A stretch of DNA of 50,235 nucleotides from Chromera velia (Eukaryota). This document shows, in pieces, positions 27,175 to 40,743 of the stretch. Position 1 is the first letter of the stretch. Every line of letters starts with the position of its first letter. The notes under the pieces are model-generated. The model worked only from the letters and a program-made list of their open reading frames with translations. It was not told where the DNA came from and did no database searches. The translations under genes and the position numbers were made by a program. The stretch covers positions 1 to 50,235 of the forward strand of contig JAHBMJ010000336.1 in NCBI GenBank assembly GCA_018398765.1. Direction: 5' to 3'.

Positions 27175-27902
27175 AGATAGTCAGTCGATCAGTCTGACAC
27201 GCAGTGAGTCAGCGAGCTCTTGTCAGATGGATATACAGGTGCCAGATTCCTGGTCGGGAGGATCAAAGTCTCCCCCCCAAAGTACGTGCATGACGTCACC
27301 TCAACCTGTGCTCGTCAGTATGTGCTGGCTTTTGCTGCTGCGGAAACAAACTGGTCGGTATATATATATACAAGCCGCAGAAAAAACTGCTATTGGGCCG
27401 GCAGTCCATGCATCCAAGCCGCGCGCGATCGATCGATGCATGTACGTATTGATCGAGCCGGCTGGGGACGCATTGATTAATTTGCACGCGCGACCCATAT
27501 ATTTCGAGCGGCTCCTTTTGCGTCCGCGCGCGGTATGCCGCGCGCGATCCGCGCGCGGCCAATAATTGTATAATCTGCATGCATGCATGCATGCATTGAC
27601 AACGTGTGTGGTTCTGCACTGGTGAATTGCTGCATCTATATGTACGCCACATGCATCACAGGACAGAATTCCAGGCCTCTAGACTCTACTGCTCCTATCT
27701 TACGCTCATAGAGCTCAATGAGTCTCATCCGGCCCGCAACAATGACATCAACACAGTTCTGTCAAGCGATGCACGTTTGGGGCAAAGTGCCTGACCTTCG
27801 TCTTCTCGAAAGTTGAAAGAGAAGGTGTGCGCGGCTTCTCTTCCCCCCAACCCCTTCTTCTTTGCAGTAGAGTTCTCTCCCTTCTGCTGAAGTGTGTGCA
27901 CA
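27175..27902. promoter_or_regulatory. Putative bidirectional promoter with (TGCA)n and GCGCGC motifs
   Basis: (TGCA)5 at about 27576-27596, several CGCGCG and GATCGATCGAT between divergent genes. Same motif vocabulary as 14045-14704. Confidence 0.45.
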
Positions 27903-30900
27903 ATGATTCACTCGTCATTCGCGTACCTGGATGCAACAAGGGAACGGGTGCTCAGTTTGGGGGGTCGGTGGTTGGATGGAAAGGGCAAATTTCTGGAGAA
28001 CTTGATCGTCCACCCTCACAGCAACTTTCAGTTTTGGTGGGACATCGCCATGACAATCTTCGTCGTCTACTCTGGTCAGTCAGAAAAGGGCAGAAACGAG
28101 CAGATATGAAGAGAATACCGACGGAATGCAGTCCTTCCTCTCTTTCATTCTTTAAAGCGTTTGCTAGTTGTTCTCGGAATGTGTACATGTAGTGTTTTGC
28201 TATGAGGATGGAGTGGAGATTTCGACAAGTATGGTGAGGGGATCGAGTTTGATGCTGGAACGTGTTGGGTGTTGAGGTCTGGAACAGTGAGTGGGTGAGA
28301 TTGATATCTAGGTTGACTTTTTCGTGACAGAAGGCTGCACAAAGTTATGTATATATATATATATATATATTGGCTGATTGACTCAGATGTAGAGAAAGGG
28401 AAAAAAACAGCAAAGAAACAAGCCGTTGTTGCAGAAAGAGAGCAGCGAAGGAGACACGGGACTCTTCTTCCGTGACATGTTGTTGTGTGCACGTATGAGT
28501 CGGGCCTTCACGCACCTCCTCTGTCAACTCTATTCTTTGGAAGGAAGAGATTCCAGCCAGCCATTTCCGTGAATATGTGCCGAAATCCCTGCTTGTCGGC
28601 CTTCCTCTGATTTTAAAAGAGCACGGCAGTAGCAGAAATAGACTGATTGAATGCACAGAAGCGCTGCGTCCCGTTCTCTTTGTTGGTTAGTCGTCTTTCG
28701 TTCCTCCGGATCCCTTTGCATGCATGTCTTGCTGCTGCAGTGTGGATTGATTTGATTCGGATCAGCTTCCAAGAACCCGGCTTCTTTATCCCCGCCTGGT
28801 TTGCAATAGATCTGGTCAGGCTCTCTCCCCTTCCCTTCCCTTCTCTTCTTTGCCCTCTCTTTTGTCACTTCTTCATAACGGCAAGATTACTTTTCTACCC
28901 GCTTTGGGGAAGGGGGGACGATTCTCCAAAATCCATTGTATGCTTCTCTGCTGCTTTTTGTTTCTGTCTTCTGAGAAGACAAAGCAAGGGCATGACGTCT
29001 GCATGGCAAAGGATGACGGGCAGGCAGGCAGACACGTATGTGTCTACTTTCTACTTTTGTAAAGACCTCACTTGAACGACACTCTGTCGGTCTGTCGGTC
29101 TGTCTGTCTGTCTGTCGGTCTGCCTGTCTGTCTGTCTGTCTGTCTATCTGTCTGTCTGTCTGTCTTTCTGTCTTTCTGTTTTTCTGTCTTTCTGTCTGTC
29201 TGTCTGTCTTTCTGTCCGTCCGTCTGTCTGTCTGTCTGTCTGTCTGTCTGTATAGTCTGCCTGTCTGTCTGTCTGTCTGCAGATTGTGACTTTCATGATG
29301 GCTTTCGACGTGGTGGTTCATTTCTTCACCGCAAAGATGGAACATGGGGATTTCATATTCTCTCTGGCCGTCATCAGACAAACTGTTAGTCAGTCAGTCA
29401 GTCAGACAGTCAGTCAGCAGTGGAGCCAAAACTAATTTGCCTGATTCACGCGTCGATGTGCTGGCAGCACTGCATGTGTGCTGGTGCCGCTTGGCGGTCG
29501 GCGTATCCGTGAAGGACAAAACGTGAATGAATTACCCTGAGCTACCACGCTGTATATCTGTGTGGTATGCCTGCATATGTATGAAGAAATGAGAATTAAA
29601 TCAAAACGTCCCTTTCATCGATCTCTTTTGCCCGCCTCTGTCTGTCTCTGTCTGTTTGCAGTACCTGAAGGGCTTTTTTTTTTTTACCTGAAAAAGAATT
29701 ATGTATGAAAGTAAACTCTGTCTGTTTGCAGTACCTGAAGGGCTTTTTTTTTTTTATTATTATTACCTGGAAAAGGAATTCTGTATGAAAGTAAACTCTG
29801 TCTGTTTGCAGTACCTGAAGGTTTTTTTTTTTTAACCTGAAAAAGAATTCTGTATGAAAGTAAACTCTGTCTGTTTGCAGTGCCTGAAGGGCTTTTTTTT
29901 TTTTTTACCTGAAAAAGAATTCTGTATGAAAGTAAACTCTGTCTGTTTGCAGTACCTGAAGGGCAGCTTCTTCGTGGACACCCTCTCCACCCTCCCCCTC
30001 GATCAGATCGTCGCGGGGGGGGCCTGTATGGAGGAGGGTGTGCCTGTGGTGGCCTCCTCTGGACTGAGGGAGACATGCAGCTTGAAGAACCTTTCCTCAG
30101 GGGCACAGGGAATCATCGGAGTCCTCGGGGTCCGTCAGTCAGTCAGTCAGTGAGGGAGGGAGGGAATCAGATATAGCACTGCTCTCCTTCTTTAGTCCTT
30201 CTGATTTATCTTCCTTTCTTCCTTCCTTCCTTCCTTCCTTCCTTCCACTCTTCCTTCGTTCCTTTCACTCTTCCTTCGTTCCTTTGTTCGTGCATTCATC
30301 CATTGATTCTTCTTTGTCATCCTTTCTTTTCTTGCATGGCTACCTGCCTGAACCGCTGAATGCCTGTCTGACGGCACTTCATAAGACTCTCATTGTACTG
30401 TCTCTACCTGTCTCTTGCTGCCGCCTCGACCCCTGCTGGCTGACACGGACACCTCGATCGATCTGCCTATATGCAGGTTGTGAAGCTCGCAAGGTTTTGG
30501 AGGCTCCACGCGATATGGCAACGTTTCGAGACGGCGCTGATACGCCCCACTCTCCTTCAAATTCTTCGGTACGTCGGCCCCCTGAGGGGGTTTTGTTTTC
30601 CCCTTACTTACTTAAATTCTCCCTGGGAGGGAGGGAGGTTTTCTCCGTATCGATTCTTCCCTCTCTGCCTCTCTCTGAAAGCAAAACGCGAGGAAGGCGT
30701 CCTCCATACCACAAGCCGACACCCATGCGTGACTCAAATTTACGCACCAACACAGGCACTTCCAAGCGATATCCGGAGTCCCTCCCTTTACCACCTCTTT
30801 CCTTTTCAGCTTGATTGCCTGCTCTCTTGACTGAATTTTCGCCCTGTGTCTCGATCGTCCGACTTCTCCGAAGTATAAAGCAAATCGCTCTGTCTGTTTT

Positions 30901-31238
30901 GTCTGTCTCTCTGAGATGACTTGTGGCTGTGCAGATACTTCTTTTTCGTGTCTCTGACACTCCACGGCCTCTCCTGCCTCTTCTTTCTTGGTGCGAGGGC
31001 GACCCTTGAACAAGAAGGCACATCGTGGGGGAATGAGGTGAATGGGCAAGCTAGTGGAGTGAGGAGAATCGAGGGACGAGTTTTGTCGATCGAATGAGGG
31101 CAATCAAAATAAAACGCTACCGATACTTCGGCTGACTGTCTGTAAATGTGCTCTGGTGGTTTATACCTGTGCATTTGTCCATTGCTCCCGTCTTGTCCCT
31201 CCGCGTTTTGTTCTTGTATGACTGTTGGTTTTCTACAC

Positions 31239-31292
<54 letters not shown>

Positions 31293-32644
31293 GCGATTGG
31301 GCAGGGTAGCTCTCCGTGTGTTCTTTCTTCATTCCTCGCTGCCTTCTTTCGTTTTCTTTTCGCTGTTTGTCTGTAACTCTGCTGCTGCTGCTGCTGCTGT
31401 CTGCTCGCACTGCTTCTATATCACAGAGAGGACAGGCACTCCGTCAGGCCCTGTCGCTCCAATCCAAACAGCTTACAATAGCCTGACGCTCAGGCGTGGA
31501 ACCATAGAACGAAGTGTTACAATATCCGCATTGTTTCAAAACGCAATGAATGACCTCATTCTGTCCTGTCTTCATTCATATCCGCTCAGGTACCCTGGAC
31601 AGTCAACGCAGGGGTCGAGAATTCGCCCTGGGACCGTCAGTACCTCTTGTCCCTTTACTTTGTGATCTCCACTGTGGGAACGATCGGATACGGAGACATT
31701 CACCCCGTCAGTCGAGTCAAGTCGAGTCGAGTTTAGCTATTCACACATGCATGCATGCATGGGTGATGTTGCTTTCTCACTCTCCCTCCTGGGGATCTCC
31801 ACCTGTCTGTTCACACATCTGAAGAGAACAAAGTCGGCAAAAGACCGGGTTGGAAGGAATTGATAAACACACACATACGCATAGACGTACAGAGAGAGAG
31901 AAAGAGAACAGTGCTTTCACGTGCCTATCTGCCTACCTGCCTGACTGTATGACCTATGCACAGCGCAACCCCACAGCGTTACCCACAAAAACTGCTCAAC
32001 GTCCAGTCCAATCAAACAAAGCGCCCTTGCCTTTCAATTCTCTTTCCCCTTATTTTCACATCTATTCCCTCGACCACTCCCGATTTTTCCTGTTCCGCCC
32101 TCCCCTCTTGCACTGCATGTATCATTCAAACAAAGCAGATAAAAGGGAAAGGAAAAGCAACGCAGAGCCTAACCAGCAGCGCAGTTTCGTTCGTCTGTCT
32201 GATTCCTGACTATCTGCAGACTTCCTCCTTCGATCGCTTGGTGACCGTCTTTATTCTCCTCTTCTGCGCTGCCATCTTCGCTTACGGCATCACGATCGTC
32301 ATGGCGCTCGTCAGTGGTCTTGAGTTCTATCTTTGCGTTGTTCTTCTTCATGGGGCGCATCGAGATGTTCAGGAAGAGTGCGCGCTTTTTTCCCTTGCTT
32401 TTCCTTGCAATATCACACTTCTCTAGCAGTCACGACAACCTGGATGAATGAGAATGCTATTAATAGTCGTTGGTTTCCCTGTGCGACCCCTCTGAATCTC
32501 TTGAGTACTTCGCCGGGACTCTCTTCTGTCCTCATGGCTCTCTCTCTCTCTCTCTCTTTTTCCAATTGGTCCCGCCGTCTCCGTCGGTGGACTTCTGCTG
32601 GAGCCCCCAAACGGCAAACAAACAAACAAACAAACAAACAAACA

Positions 32645-32675
<31 letters not shown>

Positions 32676-34286
32676 TGATTGCGATTCCAAGGAGGGCCCC
32701 GTACCCAGGAGTGCTCGGCATGCAGAGAAGGCAGGCAGAGACAATTGAAGAAAGAAAGACCGTTCCTGCCCACATTGCTGTCTCTCTACTTATTTGACCT
32801 TCCCCTGTCGGATCTGCATCGCGTCTACATTGATGATGTCCAAACGCCTGTTTGATTTGGTGAATGAATGAATAAATGAATGAATGATCGAATGAATGAA
32901 TGAATGAATGAATGAATGAATGAATGCAGGTCCTTGAAGTGGCTTCAAGTGGCGGTCCCTTTGGAAGGAAGCTTGATGCCTTGAATGTGTTCATGAGGGA
33001 CAAGGGACTTCCGAAAAACCTGCGAGCCTCCGTGAAACACTATCTGCAGTACCTCAAACGGTCGGTCTGCCCTTTTCGTATGTCAGTGAGCCAGCATATT
33101 TCCTGCATGTCCATCCCAGCTGCTGCGATCTCAGAAGGGTCCAAGCAGCAGAGCATTGCAGATGTCCGTTCTTACTCTTGCCGTACCGCATCCGTCTCGC
33201 GAATTTCGTATCTGCGTCTCTCCACAGCTCTCTCCGTTGCTGTGTTTACGTATGCGTGGATTTGCTTGTTGGAGTGAGTGACTGAGTGTTTAGTGCCTGA
33301 GAGAGGGAGAATCTTCCTTCCTGCCTGCCTGCCTGCGTGCCTGCCTGCCTGCGTGCCTACCTGCGTGCCTGCAGGTACCAACTGGGGAAGGAGGACCGAG
33401 AAGATGAAGAGTGGCTGATGGCACAGTTGTCCACGAAGTTGAGGAACGAATTGCTCCTCCACACGAACGAGGGGGTCCTGAGGTGAGTGAGTAAGTGGAT
33501 CGATTGTGCTGCTCTGCCCCTATCTCTCTCCCTGCTTGATCATTGCAAAACATCCCGAAAGCAATGAAGCACACGAATCAATTAAGTACCAGAATGAAGT
33601 GTGAGAAGGATGGTCATGGAAAGACGACAAGCAAGGCAATAATTAATTCACCCGGGCAGAGGCAGGCAAAAGCTGCTCTCACTCACACAAGGAACACTCA
33701 CGCAAAGGTCCAACTTCTTCCGTCCTCGATCCACTCTAGAGACAGATAGATAGGCCTCTTTCTGCTGCACCCTCATTCCACTTTAGGTGTTGGCTGAGCG
33801 AACTGTTTCCTCTGGCCGCTAAATGCTTGAACGAACCCTGCAGAAAGTCCCCTTTCTTTGCGGACTGCGACCCTGCTCTGTTGGCGGAGCTGATCCTGAA
33901 TGTGAGAAAACAATACTTCAGGTCGGTGCGTTTGGATTCTTAGGCAGGGAAGATAAGAAAACGAGAGAGAAAAGACAAGATGCAGCAGTACGAAGTCCTG
34001 TCCTGGCCTGGCTGCGTTCTCATTGCCATCCGTTCTTCACGAGTTCCAACAGAGCACATTCACGCCAGTGACTGACTGACCTATCGGAATGAAACGTTCG
34101 TTCTCCTTGTAAGATGCCTCATGAGGCCTGCGAAGGGGATTTTGTCTCTTCTCGTTTTTGACTGCTGACCCCATTCTGGACCTGTTAGTTCCCTCCTGCG
34201 CTCTCCATTGACTGAAAGCAACAAGCACACTGGCTCGGCAGGGAAATGAGCAAGGCTGATTCAGTGGAGGCGGATTTGGACGGATT

Positions 34287-34322
<36 letters not shown>

Positions 34323-37300
34323 TCATCGTTTTGCTTTGCTCTGTATTGTCTCTCCGTCCTCTTTGAGTGCATGCCCCTTTGGCTCTTCTTTCTTGCTTTT
34401 GTTGTGTGTGATTGCAGTCCTGGGGAGACCATCACCATGGAGAAGGCCATCGGGTACCATATGTACATTCTTGCTGGGGGGAGCGTATCGGTCAGTAAGT
34501 GCATGCATGCACTTTCATTTACAGTGAGTACATGAAAGTAAATGCAGGGGGGAGCGTATCGGTCAGCGCAAGACAAGACAGCTAGGCAGTTGCCTCTCTC
34601 TTCAATCAAACTTCTGTGGGAGGGAGAGGAGGTTCTGTGATTATGAAAAAATAACAAAACTCTGGGAGGAGAGCAAAAGGAAAAAACCTGTGAACCAGCG
34701 AAGGGATCGAAGAGGAGAAATGGAAGCTTGCAAGCATGCAATGCTTATGTGAAGACCCTGTTTTAGAGACATAGCGCGCAGACAGGCAAAAGAGAGACAG
34801 AAAGCAACCAGGCAAAGCAGGGGCAAATAGGTTGCAATTCTTTTAAGATGCATGAATGGCTCGGCTCAACTTTAATGAAATGTTCGTTTTCCCTTACTTG
34901 CGTTATTATTCCGTAGAGATAGATACTCCTGTCTGTGTTTTGCGTGTGTTTAGACCCTTCTTCCACAAAATCGTTCCTGTCTCAGATTGACCTGTGGCTC
35001 CCTCCTCTCAGTCTCGAAAGTGAGAGGACTGGATGCAGCCTGTCGTTATAGCTTCGGTTGTGAGTTTGCTTACTTGCATTCTGCCTGCCTGTCTTCTTGT
35101 TCTTTTGATCTCTTTCAGTAAATGCATATTCTGCCTGCCTGCTTTCTTGTTCTTTTGATCTCTTTCAGTAAATGCATATTCTGCCTGCCTGCTTTCTTGT
35201 TCTTTTCATCTCTTTCAGTAGATGCATATTCTGCCTGCCTGCTTTCTTGTTCTTTTCATCTCTTTCAGTAAATGCATATTCTGCCTGCCTGCTTTCTTGT
35301 TCTTTTCATCTCTTTCAGTAAATGCAAATTCTGCCTGCCTGCTTTCTTGTTTTTTCTTTCTCTTTCAGGTATCTAGAGATGGAAAGCACATTGTGAATTT
35401 GTCAGACGGTGCCGTGCTGGGTGAAATGGTCGTGCTTGGCGTGTGCTCTCGTCGTGTGGCGACAGTCAAGTCAGTGGGTTTCTTCTTTCAGGCTCCGTCT
35501 ATTTGTTTCAGTACGTACTCTCTCTGCCTTTCCTTCTGACGGATTGGGTCAATCCAGCGGCACTCTTTCTTTGTTTGCTCACTCACTGCTTCTTTGGTGT
35601 CAGGACAGAAGCAAAGAGCCAAAAACGCGACTGCATACCGACTGAGCTGACCAAAAGCCAACGACTGCAAGCAGCATGCCATGCTGTTCTTTTCAGATTT
35701 TCATTCTCTCGCTCAATGCCTCTCTGGAAGCGTCAATGCTGAAAGTATGCGCTTTGGCTGATGACATTGCAGGGCACTCACCTTTTGCGACATGCGTGCG
35801 ATAGATCGAGACACCTTCCAGAGAATCGCAGCCAATTATCCAAAAGATGTCGATCGAATGGTTGCCATCGCCCACCAGCGGCTTCAGGAGACTAAGCAGG
35901 TTGACGAGACGGCAGGTCAACAGGATGACGAAGGGGAGGTGTCGGTCTCAGAACTCCGACAGCCCCAGTGGCGACGGTCGATGTCTTCCAAAGTTGGGGG
36001 GGACTTTCAAAACGTCAGTCCGTCTGTACGGTTGGCCTACGCGTCTTTTTCCCCTTATGCACGACAGGACACAGAGGAGGAGCGGTCACCCACCACAGGC
36101 AGACGGCGTTCTAGTCTCTTTGGGATTCTTCCTCTCCCTAATGGGGGGAAGGGGACTCGGGGAGGGGGGAATTGCTTTCAGCAGGCAGGCCCCCAGCCTC
36201 TCGTGCAGGCGTATGCAGACAAAGAGCCGGGAGGGGAAGTGAAACCGGGAGAGAAAAAACAGCCTCGATTTTTGATTCCTGCCAACACTCGGGTGGGGGG
36301 GGTCAAGAGAGGGGGCACCGATGGAGACGGACTAGAGGACGCATCTTCCCTCATGGTCTCTCAGTCAGTCGCCAGAAGACATCAAGAGGATCTGGATGGA
36401 GCATCCCAGTCTGAGGGTCTGCACATAAGTCAGTCTGATGCTGAATTGCCTCACGTGCATGTGGCAGGAGGGGGACAGCGTCAGGGGCCCTCGTTGGTCT
36501 TCCGTCCGGGTTTACCCTCACAAGAAAGCCGTGGAGACGGCACCAGACGAACCAACGACCACGAGGAGAATCGCCTCGTAGATCGCCCCCCCCCCCTAGT
36601 ATTGTTTCCTGATGAGCCCACGCACGAAGCACTCATTCCGGACTCTGCTGTGTCTCCCCATCGCCCCCCTGACACCGCACCGGCAGAACCTGACGACTCC
36701 TCAGTTGCCCTTCTAGAGTCTCACATTTGGTCAGAAGAGGGAGATGATGCAAGTGTCCCGGAAGAGGGTTCCGTCAGATGGTTGGGATTACAGGACAGCA
36801 GCAACAAATCTGGACCCCTCCTTTTTGACGAAAATCTCACGCCCGAAGAGGTTGCAGAGCGACTCCATGCGAGATCGCATCAAGACGAATCCCATCTCCA
36901 AACTTTCCAAAGAGCGTTGGCGCCACGACAATCAGAGGGCACATCGCCCTCCTCAGGGTATTTTAGGGCAAGACGAAATTCAAGAAATGGGTCTAGAGAT
37001 AAAGAAGAGCTGAGACCCCCACGTGCTGCCTCTGCCCCCCCCGGGAGGGACATGAGGAGGCGTCTTTCAAGAGACGAGGAGGGGGAAGTGGAGAGTCAAA
37101 GCGAGGGTTGTGAGGAAGAAGAGACCTCACACGATGTGGCTGCTTCCTTTAAGGCACTCAGACGACATTCCTACCAAGAAGGGGATGCGGATAGTAGCGG
37201 ACATCTGCTCAGACTGCACCTCTTGCTGCCTCTTTTGTCTGTGGCACAGGTCAGATACCATGTGTGTTGGTGTGTCTTTCTCATTTGTTTTCTCTCTCGA

Positions 37301-39107
37301 CAGACAGTGTGGCATGATGATCTGTGTTGCTGTAGGTCATCCAGTGTTTGGTTCTTTCTATTCCGCTTTTTTTCTTTTGGGGTGTTTTTTTCTCGATTTC
37401 GGAACTCTTGGTTTCTCTTCTTTCTTTCCTTCTTGTCGTCCCGCCTTCCGTTTCTTCGTTCTTTCCGTCCTTCCTGTCTTGCTTGTTTTGTCCCTTTCCC
37501 TGGCTTCTCTTTATCGTTCCTGACTCTTTTCTTGATTTGCGCTTCTTCTCTCTTGTCCGCTTTCTGTCTGTCTGTCTGTCTGTCTGTCTGTGTGTCAGGT
37601 TCTGCTGTTGCAGAAGCGAGTGGTTGTGGAGAGGTTTCGACGGCGTATTCGCGACGCTACCCGACTCCAGACACCACTTCCGCGTGTCGACAAAAATGCG
37701 CGATCCCAAAAGGCAGCGGTGAAGAAACAAGAGAAGGCTGCCAGAAAGGCAGCAGCAGCAGCAGCAATAGCAGTTGCAGGCAAGGGGGACGGATCTGATG
37801 GAGAAATGAAGGAGGCCTCAAGAGGCGTTCATTGGGATGCTGTGGACAGCACAGGGGAGGGAGGGAAGGGGTGGGGAATGACTCTGAATCGCAACGAGTC
37901 TCCATCAGTTGCTGCTGCCACCCTCTCGCTTGCGTTGGAGCGCGACCTATCAGCAGACCGCGGGATCGAGCCCAGTAAGGTGTCGGGTGTCACGTTCCTT
38001 CTTCCTGACAGCCCTCTGTGGCAAAGTGACGAGGCGGGCCGATTCAGGCAGACAGGTTCAGGGAGTAACCTGGGTGTTTCTGTAAGAGACCCGACACCCA
38101 AGAAGAAAGAATTCAAACGAAGGCCAACAGGAGCACTCGGCCTGTTGTCGTCTTCAGCTGCGTCCTCTAACCTCCAACGGGATCCTCATGCACCTGCTGG
38201 TGCTGAGGGAGTAGTGGAATTTCACCTTGACACGCCTGCACGGGCAAGTTCCACCCCCCTGCAGTTGTTTGAGGTGAGTGAAGACTCACTTTCCCTCGCA
38301 ACTCCGGAAGGAATGGGTCCGAATGGATACAACGAGACGCGCCGTCTCTCCCAGTCCCTTCCCAACTCTCCATCTGAACTTGAACGCCCCCAGCGTGCAG
38401 TCTCGATGAAGGATTCCTTCTTTCAAGCAGAAACAATCCGACAATCGATCAGTGAGGGCAACATTCTTCGGAAGCACAGTCTTCTCCGGATTGTACTCGA
38501 TGAAGAGGACCAACAAGAAATCGACAGAAGAGAGCTGAGGACCCAGATGGCATTGAGGGAAGGGGGGTTTGCACTCAGTTCCTCTCAGGCTAACTCGCAA
38601 GTCGGGGGGGGACACAAAACACCCCAAAGTGCGACGACTTTGTTAGGAGGAGGACGGAACCCCATGTCCCTCGAGAGGGACCAAACTGATGAAAAGTCCC
38701 CCCCCTTTTTCCTAGGGCCCAATCAAACGGGACCCGTTGGACAGCTCCTGCGTCCCATGCGCCGATTGGGTACCGCTAGGGAAGTCACTCAGCTGTTGAG
38801 GAAATCGCCTCGCCGATCGATGAGCCGCCTGCACGATTCTGGAATTTCGTTAGTTGCAAATCAGACGGGAAAGTCTTCCGCACACGGGGGGGGGCAGCAG
38901 CACCCACTGATGGTTGCATCTCGCAAAACGCTCATTGAGGAGATGGCCAGATCCTCTGCTTGCGTGAGTGAACATGACGATCACACCCTGGAACAATTAA
39001 TTCAAGACGCAGCAGCAGCACGAGGAAGTGTTTTCAGAAAAAGTCACAGCGGCATTCCGTCCAACTTTAAGGGAATGTCGGGTCGAAGTGCGGGTTCCAG
39101 TTCATGA
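27903..39107 (+). CDS. Multi-exon six-TM potassium channel with cyclic-nucleotide-binding domain (KCNH/HCN/plant Shaker-like) and long disordered C-terminus
   Basis: Exons encode IVHPHSNFQFWWD (pre-S1), YLKGSFFVDTLSTLPLD (S3), KLARFWRL (S4), and a pore exon at about 31590-31707 with YLLSLYFVISTVGTIGYGDIHP. C-linker FMRDKGLPKNLRASVKHY; CNBD PGETI...MYILAGGSV...LGEMVVLGVCSRRVATV. Start codon tentative. Confidence 0.9.
29645..29964. repeat. Tandem array of about 73-bp units carrying a splice acceptor, inside a channel-gene intron
   Basis: Five copies of TGTCTGTTTGCAG|TACCTGAAGGG separated by four poly-T+ACCTGAAAAAGAATTCTGTATGAAAGTAAACTC inserts. Only the last copy (exon from 29953) continues in frame. 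Confidence 0.9.
35076..35368. repeat. Tandem array of about six 50-bp units ending at a splice acceptor
   Basis: Unit ATTCTGCCTGCCTGCTTTCTTGTTCTTTTCATCTCTTTCAGTAAATGCAT. The final copy ends CTTTCAG|GTATCTAGAGAT, the start of a CNBD exon. Confidence 0.9.
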
Positions 39108-40312
39108 ACAAAGACAATTCCGTAGTTCGAATGAATGTGAAGCAACAAAGCATTGATATGCGTGGATCCTGTCTAGATCTCTTTTTTCTGATTGCTGTTG
39201 CCCCCGTCCGCTCTTCGCTGCCCCGGTCGAAAGAGGATCCAAAAAGTCACGCATCATCCAAAGATTTCATTGGCAATAAATAACGCTGCATGCATGCATG
39301 CTCCCTGCCAAGTTTCATCCAAAATACCCATGCAATAATTCATCGGTCTGGGCTATCTGTGTGGCTTTGGAAGCCTGACGAGGGTCCGGCCTGCCTGACT
39401 GCTGCAGTCCTGCTGCAGAAGTAGTCGACCATGTAGTTCCTTGCTCAATGCAGGTACGTTCAAAACTAGGTTCAAAAACGATAAGCGCTCCAACTAGCTG
39501 ACAGAATTAATTCATACAGAAGACCAGTCGCTCATTACGTCAGTGTTCATCGTACCAGGATCCAAAAAAAGGACTTGCTGCCGAAGAAGAACAAAAGGGG
39601 AGTCAAGAAGCAATGCAGTTTAAAATAGCGACAGACAGAGGAAAGTGCGAAGCGAGCTTTGAACGGATGATCTTGCAGGGAACGTTGTTTAATTCACTAC
39701 AAGCTGGAAGAGACTTGGTCGGAGTCTTCCAGAAGTGTCGCCAGCTAAACCGTCAATAGCCGTCAAGTGGCAGCTGTGAATCGTCTGACACCTGTGTATG
39801 CTTAGAATTAAAGAGGGATGATGCAGATACGGAAAAATTTCTAGAAAAAATTAAAGTTGCTGAAGCAAAAGTCTTTCAATTAAGGTGATGGACTTGCCAG
39901 TCCGTGCACATGTAGTAGAAACCACTATTATTATGGTTTTCAAATTGATTAAATATTATTCTACCCTAAATAAATAAAAACTCCTAGGGTCTAGAAACAC
40001 GTTTTAAAACATACTTTAAACTCACATAAATTCTAGTATAAATTTGTTGATTCCTTTTCTTCAAAGTCCGAATCAGGGAGCATAATCCAAGCATTTTTTT
40101 CTAAGAATAGTATTAAAAGAAATTCATCATAATAACAATTTGTTATAATAGTTTACAGGCTACGTTACATAATAAACTAGGTGATAAAATGAATATTTGA
40201 AAAAAGTTAATCAAAAAATTTATAGAAACTTAATTTCTTTACTGAGTAGTTGCTTCATCCTACACGTAACTAGGCTTTATCGTATACTACGACGTATAGA
40301 AGCCTTTTAAAT

Positions 40313-40398
40313 TCATTGGATGATGAATGTAAAGGAACAACCATTGGATGATGAATGCAAAGGAACAACCATTGGGTGATGAATGTAAAGGAACAACA
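40313..40398. repeat. Three tandem units of about 28 bp
   Basis: CATTGGATGATGAATGYAAAGGAACAAC x3. Confidence 0.85.
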
Positions 40399-40743
40399 GT
40401 TTAGGTTTTCTTCAAAGTTCGCAACTCCCAGCTTCCCTAATGATGGGCACGTGCTTCCCATTGAAGGATCTAAAAGTGTGTATGAAGACGTGAAGAATAT
40501 ATGCAGATGAGAGGAAAAGGTGGAGAGCGTGTCAACACAGCTTGATCGATAGCATCGTAAATTATACATGCAGGTCTGCACAAGAAAGAGACTCTAAGAC
40601 TTTTTCAGTCAGGCTCGATCCATGTTGAAATTCCACACGCAAACGCCTCGAAGGCCGCACTCCACGTGGCACGTCACTAGAGAAATGCTCGCTCCAACGT
40701 GGATGCTGATGATTCTTGAAAACTGTAGCTTCGATCTTCCGCC

